A stretch of 64,000 nucleotides of DNA, taken from contig NC_042998.1 in the NCBI RefSeq assembly GCF_006345805.1, forward strand, positions 170,810,001 to 170,874,000, given 5' to 3'. The translations under genes and the position numbers were made by a program. The notes under the pieces were generated by a model, which searched no databases, had not been told where the DNA came from, and was given only the letters and a program-made list of their open reading frames with translations. Below are positions 1 through 10,562 of this stretch, piece by piece; position 1 is the stretch's first letter; each line of letters begins with the position of its first letter. Source of the stretch: Octopus sinensis (lineage: Eukaryota).

Positions 1-164
1 ATAAATTAAAACTGACCCCATAAAGACAAAAAATCAGTGGTAGGCAGAGTCTTCTTCATAATTTTATGTATCTGTGAGAGTATGTATGTGGGTGATTTGT
101 ATGTATATATATGTGTATGTTTAATTGGGGGGAAACTTTTTTATTTCAATTAAGTGTATAATAA

Positions 165-214
<50 letters not shown>

Positions 215-575
215 GCACAGGTGTGGCTGTGTGGTAAGTAGCTTGCTTACCAATCACATGGTTTCGGGTGCAGTCTCACTGCGTGGTACCTTGGACAAGT
301 GTCTTCTATAGCCTCAGGCTTGTGTGATAGACGGAAACTGAAAGAAGCCTGTTATATATGTATATATATATATGTGTTTGCTTGTCCCCTCACCATTGTT
401 TGATAGCTGATGTTGGTGTGTTTCTGTCCCCATAACTTAGCGGTTTGGCAAAAGAGACCGATAGAATAAGTACAAAGCTTACACAGAATAAGTCCTGGGG
501 TTGATTTGTTCAACCAAAGGTGGTGCTCCAACATGGCTGCAGTCGAATGACTGAAACAAGTAAAAGAATAAAAGA
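215..575 (+). mobile_element. tRNA-derived SINE (family A) with internal (TA)n/(TG)n spacer
   Basis: A-box-like TGGCTGTGTGG, B-box-like GGGTGCAGTCTC and tail GACTGAAACAAGTAAAAGA. Near-identical copies recur at 16443, 25652, 27514 and 34858. Confidence 0.85.
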
Positions 576-703
576 TTGATATATACACATACGCATACAT
601 ACACACATATACATCATATACACAAACATACATATATGTATATACATACATACACATATATATACATACATATACATATATATATATATATACATACATA
701 TAC

Positions 704-744
<41 letters not shown>

Positions 745-747
745 CAC
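576..747. repeat. Compound (TA)n/(CA)n/(TACA)n microsatellite
   Basis: Seen directly; it explains the YI/HT-repeat ORFs in the track. Confidence 0.95.
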
Positions 748-814
748 TTGGTGCAAGCTGAGTGGGAACCTGGGGCCAACCAAAATTATGCCCAGTTGGG
801 CCCCGCACCTCCCA

Positions 815-1090
815 AGACCTCGGTGGAATTTGAACTCAGAAGGTAACGGCAGATGAAATACCTATTTCTTTACTACCCACAAGGGGCTAAACAGAGGGGA
901 TAAACAAGGACAGACAAAGGGATGAAGTCGATTACATTGATCCCAGTGCGTAACTGGTACTTAATTTATTGATCCTGAAAGGATGAAAGGCAAAGTCGAC
1001 CTCGGGGGAATTTGAACTCAGAACGTAATGGCAGATGAAATACCAGTAAGCATTTTGCCCGGCGTGCTTGCGTTTCTGCCAGCTCACCAC
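815..1090 (-). mobile_element. tRNA-derived SINE (family B), with a partial duplicated head
   Basis: Minus strand reads GAGCTGGCAGAAACG...GAGTTCAAATTCC (A/B boxes), then GTCGACTTTGCCTTTCATCCTTTC. A second copy is at ~50093-50322. Confidence 0.8.
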
Positions 1091-1200
1091 CAATAACAGA
1101 TGTTATTGTTTTTGCCGGTGTTAAAGGTATGTCGTGCTAGAAACTCAGTTTGACACACGATCCTTTCGGTTTCACAGCAGCCTCCTACCAGGCAATGAGC

Positions 1201-1557
1201 ATCCTAGTTAGCGCCCCTAGGACACAGGAAGATGCGGGTTGTTCATGCAGGATCTGAAGCAGTTGCCCAGAAAGGAGATATGTGACATTACTGGCCAGCC
1301 ATATCTGGCAATTACGAGATGAAGAGATTCCATACTTGATCGCATGGAAAATATTTGAGAATCCAGGCACCTACATCAACGGGATGAAATGGTGCAAATA
1401 ATGCATTGCTGAATGTACGAGGATCCTTAAAGACGCATTCATGCCAGAGGGCATCCTGAACTCCAGGACAGAGATATTCAGGCCATGCTTGCATTTTAGA
1501 AAAAAATTTCTGGCTTTTTGGAATCTGCATGGTGACACCGCAGCTGGAAACCAATAG
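1201..1557 (+). pseudogene. Penelope-like element C-terminal endonuclease-region remnant, internally deleted
   Basis: Frame 1 reads GCSCRI*SSCP-ERRYVTLLASHIWQLRDEEIPYLIAWKIFENPGTYINGMKWCK*CIAECTRILKDAFMPEGILNSRTEIFRPCLHFRKKFL, ending TAG at 1557. It matches from memory the PLE pattern CxCR..CP / TxLSxHIWxLK...IxWxI...Y...CxLCxxE...LNxRxE...CxH. In-frame stops are at 1255 and 1399. Confidence 0.75.
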
Positions 1558-1750
1558 CCAAGGCCAAAGGAAGACAATCATTTACCTTCATGGCATTTTG
1601 GTGACTGCAAGATGGTAGCGTGGCTGAGGATTAATGGACAATGGCAAAGGGAGATAATCACCTAGGGTTTTACCCTTAAAAACGAGGCTGTTCCCCCTCC
1701 ATATTTTAAAGAGGTCTCAGGCCAGTAGGGTTTGGATTTTTTTAGAGAAA

Positions 1751-2092
1751 CAATACAAATAAATTATAAATTGTAAAGCTCTAAAAGAAATGGCAGATGC
1801 TAAAAACCTACATATATGTTTTTGTTCATGTCCCCTGGTGATATGTAATTCTAAGCATTTGGGTAGAGTAATATGCTAAGAATTGGTATTATTTTCAACT
1901 ATATGGGGCAGAATCTCGTAAGCTCATAAAGCCCTGATGAGATTCTGTCCTATATACCAATTCTTAGCATATGACCCTACTCAATTGCTTAGAATTACAT
2001 GTCACCTAGGGTCATGAATCGAAACATATATGTAGGTTTTTGGCATCTGCCATTTCTTTTAGAGCTTTACAATTTATAATTTATTTGTATTG
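1751..2092. repeat. Long imperfect fold-back (arms ~1751-1922 and ~1934-2092), PLE pseudo-LTR-like; sense arm extends to (TA)n at ~2168
   Basis: CAATACAAATAAATTATAAATTGTAAAGCTCTAAAAGAAATGGCAGATGC has its exact reverse complement at 2043-2092. Confidence 0.9.
1928..2040 (+). ncRNA. Minimal type-I hammerhead ribozyme (C3-G8 core) with enlarged stem II domain
   Basis: Stem I AAAGCC(1928-33)/GGUUUU(2035-40); CUGAUGA 1934-40; stem II GAUUC/GAAUC plus AUGACCCUA/UAGGGUCAU; GAAA 2021-24; palindromic stem III ACAUAUAUGU; GUA cleavage triplet ending at 2034. Confidence 0.8.
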
Positions 2093-2189
2093 CTTTTATA
2101 AAAAATTTCATCTTTATATCATACAAATAAATTATTTATACATCAATAATTCTCCATTTTCTTTCTTTATATATATATATATATATATA

Positions 2190-2790
2190 GGTAAACAGTA
2201 AAAATAATTACAGACATGGACAAGAACATGAAACAACACAGAAACGACACAAGAACCACAGGACGGGACATTCGAAGCCCTCAGTCATCAGTCAAGAACC
2301 AGATCATCTTAGCAATTTCGGCTGATTAATCTTGAGATTGCTCCAATATGGCCAGCCCGCCAAGGGAAATCTAAGCCAAGCGCATTAGATACCCTGGAAG
2401 AAAGCTTCGAATGTATACAACACGAGGACGGAAAACGAACGAAGTACACGAACAAAAATACAGAATACGTGACACCAATAAGAATACAAAAACGTAAAAA
2501 CAATAACGGTAAAAATAAAAAATAAACAACAAAACAAAACCAGGACGTAGGACAAGGGTCTTTCGACAGGACGAGTTGAGTATGGGGCTGGCTTGTGAAG
2601 TTGTGCCTAATGGCCGCGGGGAGACGAACAAATACGTGTTGCTTCTGCGACTGCTGAAACGAAAAGAGCGCTCAACAGCAGCTAGCGGTCACGTGAGAAC
2701 AAAAGACAGGAGTAAGGGACAGATGAAAAGAGAGAGAAGGTGGACGAGGGAGGAGAAGAAAGAGACAGATCGAGGGGGCTGGAGGTGAGA
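2190..2790 (-). mobile_element. Unclassified (TA)n-flanked repeat (family C), diverged copy
   Basis: Shares the core GCAATTTCGGCTGATTAATCTTGAGATTGCTCCAAT and GTCTTTCGAC with the copies at 9421 and 10223. Both ends abut TA tracts. Confidence 0.7.
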
Positions 2791-2809
2791 GATATATATA
2801 TATATAGGC

Positions 2810-3170
2810 AAGGTTGCTGATGCTGGTGGCACATGAAAAGCACCTTTTGAGTGTTGGGCCTCATGGAGGCAATCATGAATGACTGACACCTTTGGCATTA
2901 TGCCATGCTTGAGAAGAAGACCCATCAAGCCAAGTAAAATTGTAGTTGTGGCAAATGCTGGTATCACACAAATGGCACCAGTGCTGGTGGCACATAAAAG
3001 CATGCATTACATTCTCAGAGTAGTTGGCATTAGGAAGGGCACCCAGCCGTAGAAACCATGCCAAATCAGACTGGAGTCTGACGCAGCCTTCCAGCTTTCC
3101 AGCCCTGGTCAAACCGTGTCAGCATTGACAACAGATGTTAAGTGATGCTGATGATAATGATAATGATGAT
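2810..3170 (+). mobile_element. SINE/non-autonomous element with (GAT)n tail (family R, RTE-like 3' end)
   Basis: GGCATTAGGAAGGGCACCCAGCCGTAGAAA ... GATGTTAA-(GAT)n. Related copies are at 5225, 18001, 60220 and 61935. Confidence 0.75.
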
Positions 3171-3214
3171 TTCATATATATATATATGTATGTATCGCCA
3201 ATATGACCAAGGTC

Positions 3215-3245
<31 letters not shown>

Positions 3246-3646
3246 TACACACACACACATATATATAAATATATATAGATAGATAGGTAGATAGATATAC
3301 AATTTTTATAATTTAAAAGCTTTTTACTTATAAAAATAAATAAAAACATATATAGATGGATAAATAAAATAAAATAGAATAAAAGGATATAAATATATAA
3401 AAGATATATAAATATATAAAAAGATATATAAAAATAAAAAATTTATATATATACACAAACATACACATGCACGCATACACATATGCACATGTACACACAC
3501 ACACACACACACACACACCAATGTATGCATAATGCTGGATGACTGTTGACTACACAGGAGTTCTTCTGCCCTTTGACAGGTCTTATTTTTCGTCCTGCAG
3601 AGTGTCCAACAATCACCCTCCTCACCAAGAAAACTTAGTGGGGTTG

Positions 3647-3723
3647 CCAGTTTAGCGTTGACAACCCGACCATGCAACGGGTTGTACTGGGTTACATGTT
3701 ATCAGTAGCGCTCAAGAGCAACC
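3647..3723 (-). ncRNA. Candidate degenerate HDV-like ribozyme at the 5' end of a ~200-bp repeat fragment
   Basis: Minus strand: GGUUGC (P1) ... CCAGU (P2) ACA-ACCCGU-UGC (P3/L3) AUGGUC (P1') GG, GUU-GUC-AAC (P4), GCUAA (J4/2), ACUGG (P2'). Several mismatches must be assumed to be decay. Confidence 0.4.
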
Positions 3724-3749
3724 TGACATAATATATATACATACATACA

Positions 3750-3797
<48 letters not shown>

Positions 3798-3829
3798 TAT
3801 ATATATATTATATATATATATATAAGAAA

Positions 3830-4275
3830 TTAAAAAAAGGAAAATATGCACACTTACATAGTTTTAATGTAATTTTTAATATATCGACCGGTTTCGCTAT
3901 CGCTATTCATGATATTATGTTTTACTTATTTGAATATGTTTTTTTTCTTAAGAAGAAATTTTGTCTATGTTGTGTGTGATGAAATTCACGAGTGAATGAC
4001 TTCACAAGTAAATAAATAAAGGGAGGTAATTGGTTATTATTGTTGTTATTGTTGTGGGTAAGGGAGGATAATCAATTACCTCCCTTTATTTATCTACTTG
4101 TGAACTCATTCACTTGTGAATTTCATCACACACAACATGGACAAAATTTCTTCTTAACAAAAAATACATATTTAAATAAGTAAAACATAATATCATGAAT
4201 AGTGATAACAAAACTGGTCGATATATTGAAAATTATATTAAAACTATGTAAGTGTGCGTATTTCCCTTTTTTTAA
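3830..4275. repeat. Long fold-back (arms ~3830-4038 and ~4067-4275) adjoining (TA)n
   Basis: The arms are reverse complements over ~208 bp, with mostly transition differences. Confidence 0.92.
3881..3915 (-). ncRNA. Minimal type-I hammerhead ribozyme, A3-U8 core variant
   Basis: Minus strand AUAUC-AUGAAUA-GC(GAUA)GC-GAAA-CCGG-UC-GAUAU: 5-bp stem I, 2-bp stem II, palindromic ACCGGU stem III and GUC site. The mirror copy at 4190-4224 (+) has lost G12. Confidence 0.7.
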
Positions 4276-4544
4276 AGGCTACCTCAAGCCGTAATCCCAT
4301 CTCTTCCCATCTTGCCCGCAGCAAGTTCTTAAAAAAATTTATCTTACTATTTTTATTCGTTGTTACTACGTTTATTCATACATTGTTACGAAAAAATTTA
4401 ACCTTTTAGGCTACTTTCAAGCCTTCGCCATAAATTGATTTATCTTTCCTATCTCTCTCTCTACAAAATTTAACCTTAGGCTACCTCAAGCCGTAATCCC
4501 ATCTCTTCCCATCTTTCCGCCATTGGCGGTGCGCCCGCCCCCCA

Positions 4545-4695
4545 CCCCCACACCACCACCAATACCGATGAACACTGTTCTCACCCCCACCACCAATACC
4601 GGTGAACTCTGTTCTCACCACCACCACCACCAATACCGGTGAACACTGTTTCTCACCCCCCCACCACCAATACCAGTATACCCTGTTCTCACCAT
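4545..4695 (+). repeat. C-rich minisatellite, ~4 units of CCACCACCAATACCGGTGAACACTGTTCTCA
   Basis: Seen directly; unit length varies with the CCA run. Confidence 0.85.
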
Positions 4696-5150
4696 CTACA
4701 CCGGATACGCCTTACTCATCTACACCGGGTACGCCCTACTCCCTCCCCCTCCCCCCACTACCCCTTCTCCTCATATGCTTTCACTGTGAAAAGACAAGCT
4801 GCTAGCGCCATAGCTCATCAACTGCCCACCGATCTTACGCTTCCTCCTGACACTGCCTCATTCCGACCATCCCCTTTAGTACCCTCCCGCCTCGTAATAT
4901 CCTACGTTTTTATTTCTTAAGAACCTACACCAACCCTTCCTGCCATCGTTCCTCTTTACCCCAACCTTCCCCACTGGTTGCTCCCCTATATTACCCGCCT
5001 CAACTGGACCCCCCCCTCCCCAACTCAACTCTAGAATATCTGTATTTCTTTCCTCTACCTAATTACGTTACTCAGTGACGATAAATGCTGTGTGACTACA
5101 AAGACCCGGGCTGCTTTCTGCAGCAATTCCACATACCCCCTACCCATTCT

Positions 5151-5215
5151 AAGTACCCCGGATCCCCAAAGTACCCTGGATCCCCAAAGTACCCCGATCC
5201 CCAAAGTACCCCGGA
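5151..5215 (+). repeat. 18-bp tandem repeat AAGTACCCCGGATCCCCA, ~3.6 units
   Basis: Seen directly. Confidence 0.9.
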
Positions 5216-5224
5216 CCTCGTTGC

Positions 5225-5487
5225 CCCCGTGCCGCTGACACGTTAAAATGCTCGAACCGATCGTGACGATGCCGGACCCTCCGGCCCCTGTGCAGGTGGC
5301 ACGTAAAAAGCACCCAATCCACTCACGGAGTGGTTGGCGTTAGGAAGGGCATCCAGCCGTAGAAACTCTGCCAGATTCAGACTGGAGCCTGGTGCGGCCC
5401 CTGGCTTCCCAGACCCGGTCAAACCGTCCAACCCGTGCTAGCGCGGAAAGCGGACGTTAAACGATGATGATGATGATGATGATGATT
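5225..5487 (+). mobile_element. Family R element, young CpG-rich copy with (GAT)n tail
   Basis: GGCGTTAGGAAGGGCATCCAGCCGTAGAAA...GGACGTTAAACGATGATGAT. Confidence 0.8.
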
Positions 5488-5537
5488 ACAACTCACCATG
5501 TGGAGATAATGAAAAAATTCCTCTTTTCTGTTGCCAC

Positions 5538-5582
<45 letters not shown>

Positions 5583-6147
5583 CAGGCTTCTTTCAGTTTC
5601 TGTTTACCAAATTCACTCATAAGCTTTGGTCAGCCCAAGGCTATAGTTGAAGCCACTTTTTAAAGTATAGAGTTGAATTTCATGTAGCCACCTTTTGGCA
5701 ACTTTTCTCCCTCACCCATTTTGTAGGGGGTATTACCCAATTTTCTGGGCTCTTTTCACAGCTATACCCCATTCAAAATTTGCATTAGTTTTTGTATGAT
5801 AAAAAAAAATAGGAAGGTAGGGAGGCTTGCTTGTAGTTCATAGAGAAAACATTAAACATACCAACGAAAAGACATGAAGAACTATGAAAGAAGGCGAATA
5901 AGTACTGGGAGTGGGGGAAAGAAGAGAAAACTAACACTCGATCGTTCTAGAACTCCCAGAATAAAAACGTAATCACCTTAAAGACTTTCACTCTATTCAT
6001 TACTAAATGTCTTTCCTTCTTCAAAAGTAAAGAAGCTAGAAAAGATCAATTGTATTTCAGTCCAATTGTCATTGTAAATGACTGATGCTTTCCTTTCTCT
6101 GTCCTCTAACGCTTCACTTCTTTTCTCTACAGTTAAGAGAGTGAAGC

Positions 6148-6470
6148 TGCATGGCTCAGTAATTAGGGGTATTCGGCCCATGATCATAAAATCATGAGTA
6201 TGATTTCCCGTGGTGTACTGTATTCTTGAGCAAGGTACTCTACTTCCCCTTGCTGTAATCCACTCAGCTAGCAAAAATGATTGTAGCTGTAATTCAAAGG
6301 GACCAGCCTTGTCACATTCTGTGTGAGGCTGAATCTCCATAGACATGTATACCTTATGGTATACATGTCTGTAGAGTACTCAACCACTTACATATCAATT
6401 TTATGAGCAGACTGTTCTATTAATCAGATAAACAGGAACCTCATCATCGTAACCGATGCAGTGCCATTTT
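6148..6470 (+). mobile_element. tRNA-derived SINE (family V), decayed
   Basis: GCATGGCTCAGTAATTAG head and TTCTTGAGCAAG...CCACTCAGCT body. Related pieces are at 6790-6940, 15965-16280, 16775-16945 (-) and 39325-39520 (-). Confidence 0.65.
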
Positions 6471-7634
6471 AAAAAAAGAGTGAAAGAAAAGGAAATGTTC
6501 CATATTGTAAGGCAAAAATGTCATGTGTTTAGTATAAGCAGTGAAAGCTAAAACAAAATAATTGCCATTCCATCATGTATTTGCCCTTGACTCATGCTCA
6601 GTTTGATGACAACAGCCTGTGCATCAGTGTTTATCTGGGGGCTTGACCTCCAGATCTGTGAGACCCACAAATGCTGCTGTTAGGACTGGATTAACATCCA
6701 CAGTGACCTTAATGTTTAAAAATATCTTCCTGCCTCTATATAGGATCTTTTTTCATTTTCTTCCAACCACATGAGGGTTTGTCTTCCTCCAGTCCACTCA
6801 TCTAGCCAAAATGAGTTGTAGCTGTAATTCAAAGGGGCTAGCTTTGTCATATTCTGTGTGAGGCTGAATCCCTCTGAGAACGTTAATGATATGCAAGTCT
6901 GCGAAGTACTTAACCACTTGCAATTTAATTTTATCCTCATGTGGTAATGAAAAGTGAAAGTGACATCCAATATTTACTGGGTCTATGTATCTATGTATCA
7001 ACTTTTCTTTCAATCTACGTATCTACTGTCTCTCTCACTTCCTCTGTGTCCCTCCTCTCTCCCGTTTTTAATTTAACAATGTGTGTATGTATCTATGTAT
7101 CAACTTTTCTTTCAATTTATGTATCTACTTTTCTTGCTAAACAGTCACCGCTCACTGTCTCTTTCACACACTCTCTCTCTCTCTTTTCTCTCACTCTCTC
7201 TCTCTTACTTCTTTGCTGAAACATTTAAAAGCAAAATGAATGCTGTAATCACTCACCTTCTCTTTCATTCACTCTGTTTCTCATTCTCTCTTTCTCTCTT
7301 ACTTCCTCTCTGTCCCCTCTGTGTCTCTCACTTTGCCACTCACTTCTTTAAATTAAGTGGGACACACAGGTATGTACAAAAATAAACAAGTTGGCATATT
7401 AATATCATTGATGATAATTATTAATTGAATATATATATATATATATGTAGAGTATTAAATATCCATTGTGGCTGATGTTATCAATCAGTTTCGCATAAAG
7501 AATACAATGGAATGTTAGGTAACAATCCGGGATATTTAATACTATACATTTCGGATAATATACCCACTCTACTGACAAATATACAAGTGCATATTTTCCC
7601 TGACTTGTGGTCTCTTAGATGACTTACATACATA

Positions 7635-8329
7635 TCTGTATACTACTAAAAGTGAAATTCAATCTTGATTGCTTGCTTGCAATGTTACGCAGCCAAACTG
7701 GCACATAATGGGAAAATACTTTGACAGTAAAGTTCCCCTGAAATGTGAATATGAACAGAATAAAACAAGTTTCACATAAATCGGACCAGTAGTTATTGAG
7801 ATATTCGGGGTTGTGGGGTATAAATACCAAAAATGGTGCATAATGGGAAAATACTCTGAAAATAACTTCACCCTGAAAGAGAAGAAACTCTAATCTATCC
7901 ACTAGACACATTATGATAGGCAAAATATTTTAAAGTGAAAATGACTTTAAAAATACAGTAAATATTTTGTAAATAACACATTCATAACCTCGGTGTGAAA
8001 TAATTTTTTTCCATAGGTTTCTTTGAAGTGCATTCAACATATCTTATCTCCAAAGAATTGGCTGCTATTTGTAGCATGCTCTCCTACCATGTAACAGCTA
8101 TTTGTGATAAAGGAACTGAAATACCTGTTACGTGGTAGCAAGGTATGCAAGAAATAGCAGCCAAATCTCTCCTTTTCTGGGGAAAGGAGCCGTTTACGCT
8201 TGATTTCAATGTCACATTCATTGAAAGCATGCAAAATAACATGGAATAGAAAAAAAAACCCCATGAAACAAAACACCATTGTTGGAAAAATCAGACTCCC
8301 CCGGCAACCCAAAAGATCACTATGTCTAG
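7635..8329 (+). mobile_element. Probable non-autonomous Helitron
   Basis: A|TC start (TCTGTATACTACTAAAAGTG), CTAG|T end and internal duplication of CATAATGGGAAAATACT. The 3' hairpin is degenerate. Confidence 0.45.
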
Positions 8330-8348
8330 TATGTGTGTGTGTGTGTTA

Positions 8349-8379
<31 letters not shown>

Positions 8380-9186
8380 TATATATATTGACACACACAC
8401 GTATTTAATGATTAGTGACAAAATTTGAATAGTCAATACTTTGTAATAAGCATTGGATACTTATTTTTGTTATCAATATGCAATGGTTGCTGCCTTGACT
8501 ATTGAACAAAAGCTATTGTATGTAAGTGTTATACACAATAGTCTATTGTACTTTTAGCATGTTGGGATTGTGAACAATTAACTATCTTTTATACAGATAT
8601 GGTACAATTTATTATCAATTGTTTTGTTGAGTTATGCATCTCAACACAGTAATATCTATATCCTCTATAAAGCAGGATTGTCACCTCATATAATTATTCC
8701 TTCAATTATGAGACAATAAAGGTGCCACTAAACAGACTCTTGACCTGCTTGAAATAGCAGTCAAATCTCCATTTATCAATACCATGACAAATTATAAAAA
8801 AAAAAGCAGATAAAGATATATTCAGTCTTAGTGAATTATGTTTGAAAAGAAGGATGGTCATGCATCACCTTCTTTGATCATAAGGTTTTTTGATCAGAGA
8901 TGACCAGGGGCTAAGCAACAGCATCCACTACAACAACATCTGTTGTTAAATAAAGCATCTCAACTTGACACTAATAATATCCTCATTAAATTGGGATTGT
9001 CCTATAGACTACTGAATAGTTTACATACCTTATATAGTTGAGTTCTGTGTACAAGGATTGGCAGCTACTGAATACAAGTCTATATAGATATTTCATGCTT
9101 ATTATGCCAAGGGACGCTTCACTAAAGAGAAAGATTGAAATTTAAAAATACACACATACACAAGCTCACTTGAAGTACTTGTGTTA

Positions 9187-9420
<234 letters not shown>

Positions 9421-9422
<2 letters not shown>

Positions 9423-10210
9423 AAATACGAAATGGGACAAAAACACAAAACATCCAGACAACTAGGTGGTACAAAAAAGGACAACAAAACATCCAGATAG
9501 ATGATACAAAAAACAAGGATGGGTCATTCAAAACTTTCTATCCTCAAACATGAACCGGATCATCCTCGCAATTTCGGCTGATTAATCTTGAGATTGCTCC
9601 AATCTGGCCAGCCCCAAGGAAAAGCTAAGCTAAGAGCAAGGAAGAAAGCATCGAATGTATATGAAAACAAGGACAGAAAAACAGATGATGTTACACAAAT
9701 ATAAATGCAAAATACAAAAAATACAATAAAAATAATAATAAAAGGACATAACAACAGGTGTCTTTCGACTGGGGATGAATTGAATTCAGCTGGTATGTGT
9801 GGAAATGAAGCCTTACAGCAGAGATACAAAACTTTCACAAACACAGGGAAGAATATCGATGTTGCACTGACTGTGGTCAGATACAAAAAGAGGGCTAACA
9901 GTCTGGCCTATTGGTCAAGTGAGAAGAGAAGAGAGAGAAAAAGAGGAACAAAAGAATTAAGGAGGGAGAAGAGAAGAGAGAGAGTTGTAGAAGCAGATGG
10001 ACAGAAGAATTAAGGGGTGGTGAGAAAAAATGACAGGGACATAGTGAAGTGAAAAGCAAGTAAAAAAAGAAGGCAAAATAATGTGAAAGAGGGGGAAAGA
10101 AAGAACAAAGAGTGGAATGAACGAATAAGTGTGAAGAGGTTGATAGAATCGTACAGAATTTAGTAGAATGTGTACTTACATATAAGATAACAAAGTGTAT
10201 GTATGCCACT
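9421..10210 (-). mobile_element. Family C repeat, long copy
   Basis: Starts AAAATACGAAATGGGACAA at the edge of (TA)n; near-identical to 10223-10550 over the shared part. Confidence 0.75.
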
Positions 10211-10222
10211 ATATATATATAT

Positions 10223-10550
10223 AAAATACAAAATGGGACAAGAACGCAAAACATCCGGACAACTAGGTGATACAAAAAGGGACAACAAAATATCCAGATC
10301 ATTTGAAGCTTTCTATCCTTAGTCAAGAACCGGATCATCCTCGCAATTTCGGCTGATTAATCTTGAGATTGCTCCAATCTGGCCAGCCCCAAGGAAAAAC
10401 TAAGCTAAGAGCATTAGATTCCTTGAAAGAAAGCATCGAATGTATACAAAAACAAGGATGGTAAAACAGACGATGTTACACAAATATAAATACAATAAAA
10501 ATAATAATAACAGGTGTCTTTCGACTGGGGACGAATTGAATTCAGCTGGC
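10223..10550 (-). mobile_element. Family C repeat, short tandem copy sharing the same TA-adjacent end
   Basis: Same terminus as 9421 and truncated at the other end, consistent with 5'-truncated retrotransposition on the minus strand. Confidence 0.75.
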
Positions 10551-10562
10551 GTATACATACAT

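Noticed and set aside
352-808. Long YI/VC/HT-rich ORFs here and at 3119-3677, 9122-9500, 24838-25499, 52170-53209 and 61851-62476
   Set aside because: They are translations of TA/CA/TG microsatellites that happen to lack stop codons.
5151-5215. Short tandem arrays (also 4545-4695 and 41655-41755) as CRISPR arrays
   Set aside because: There are no unique spacers and no cas genes, and the context is eukaryotic.
7530-7590. Hammerhead-like GGGUA-UAU-UAUCC-GAAA on the minus strand
   Set aside because: No NUGANNA core or matching stem I upstream.
9027-9070. Possible minus-strand microexon (LPILVHRTQLYK with GTATGT donor)
   Set aside because: It is too short, has no recognisable homology and no partner exons.
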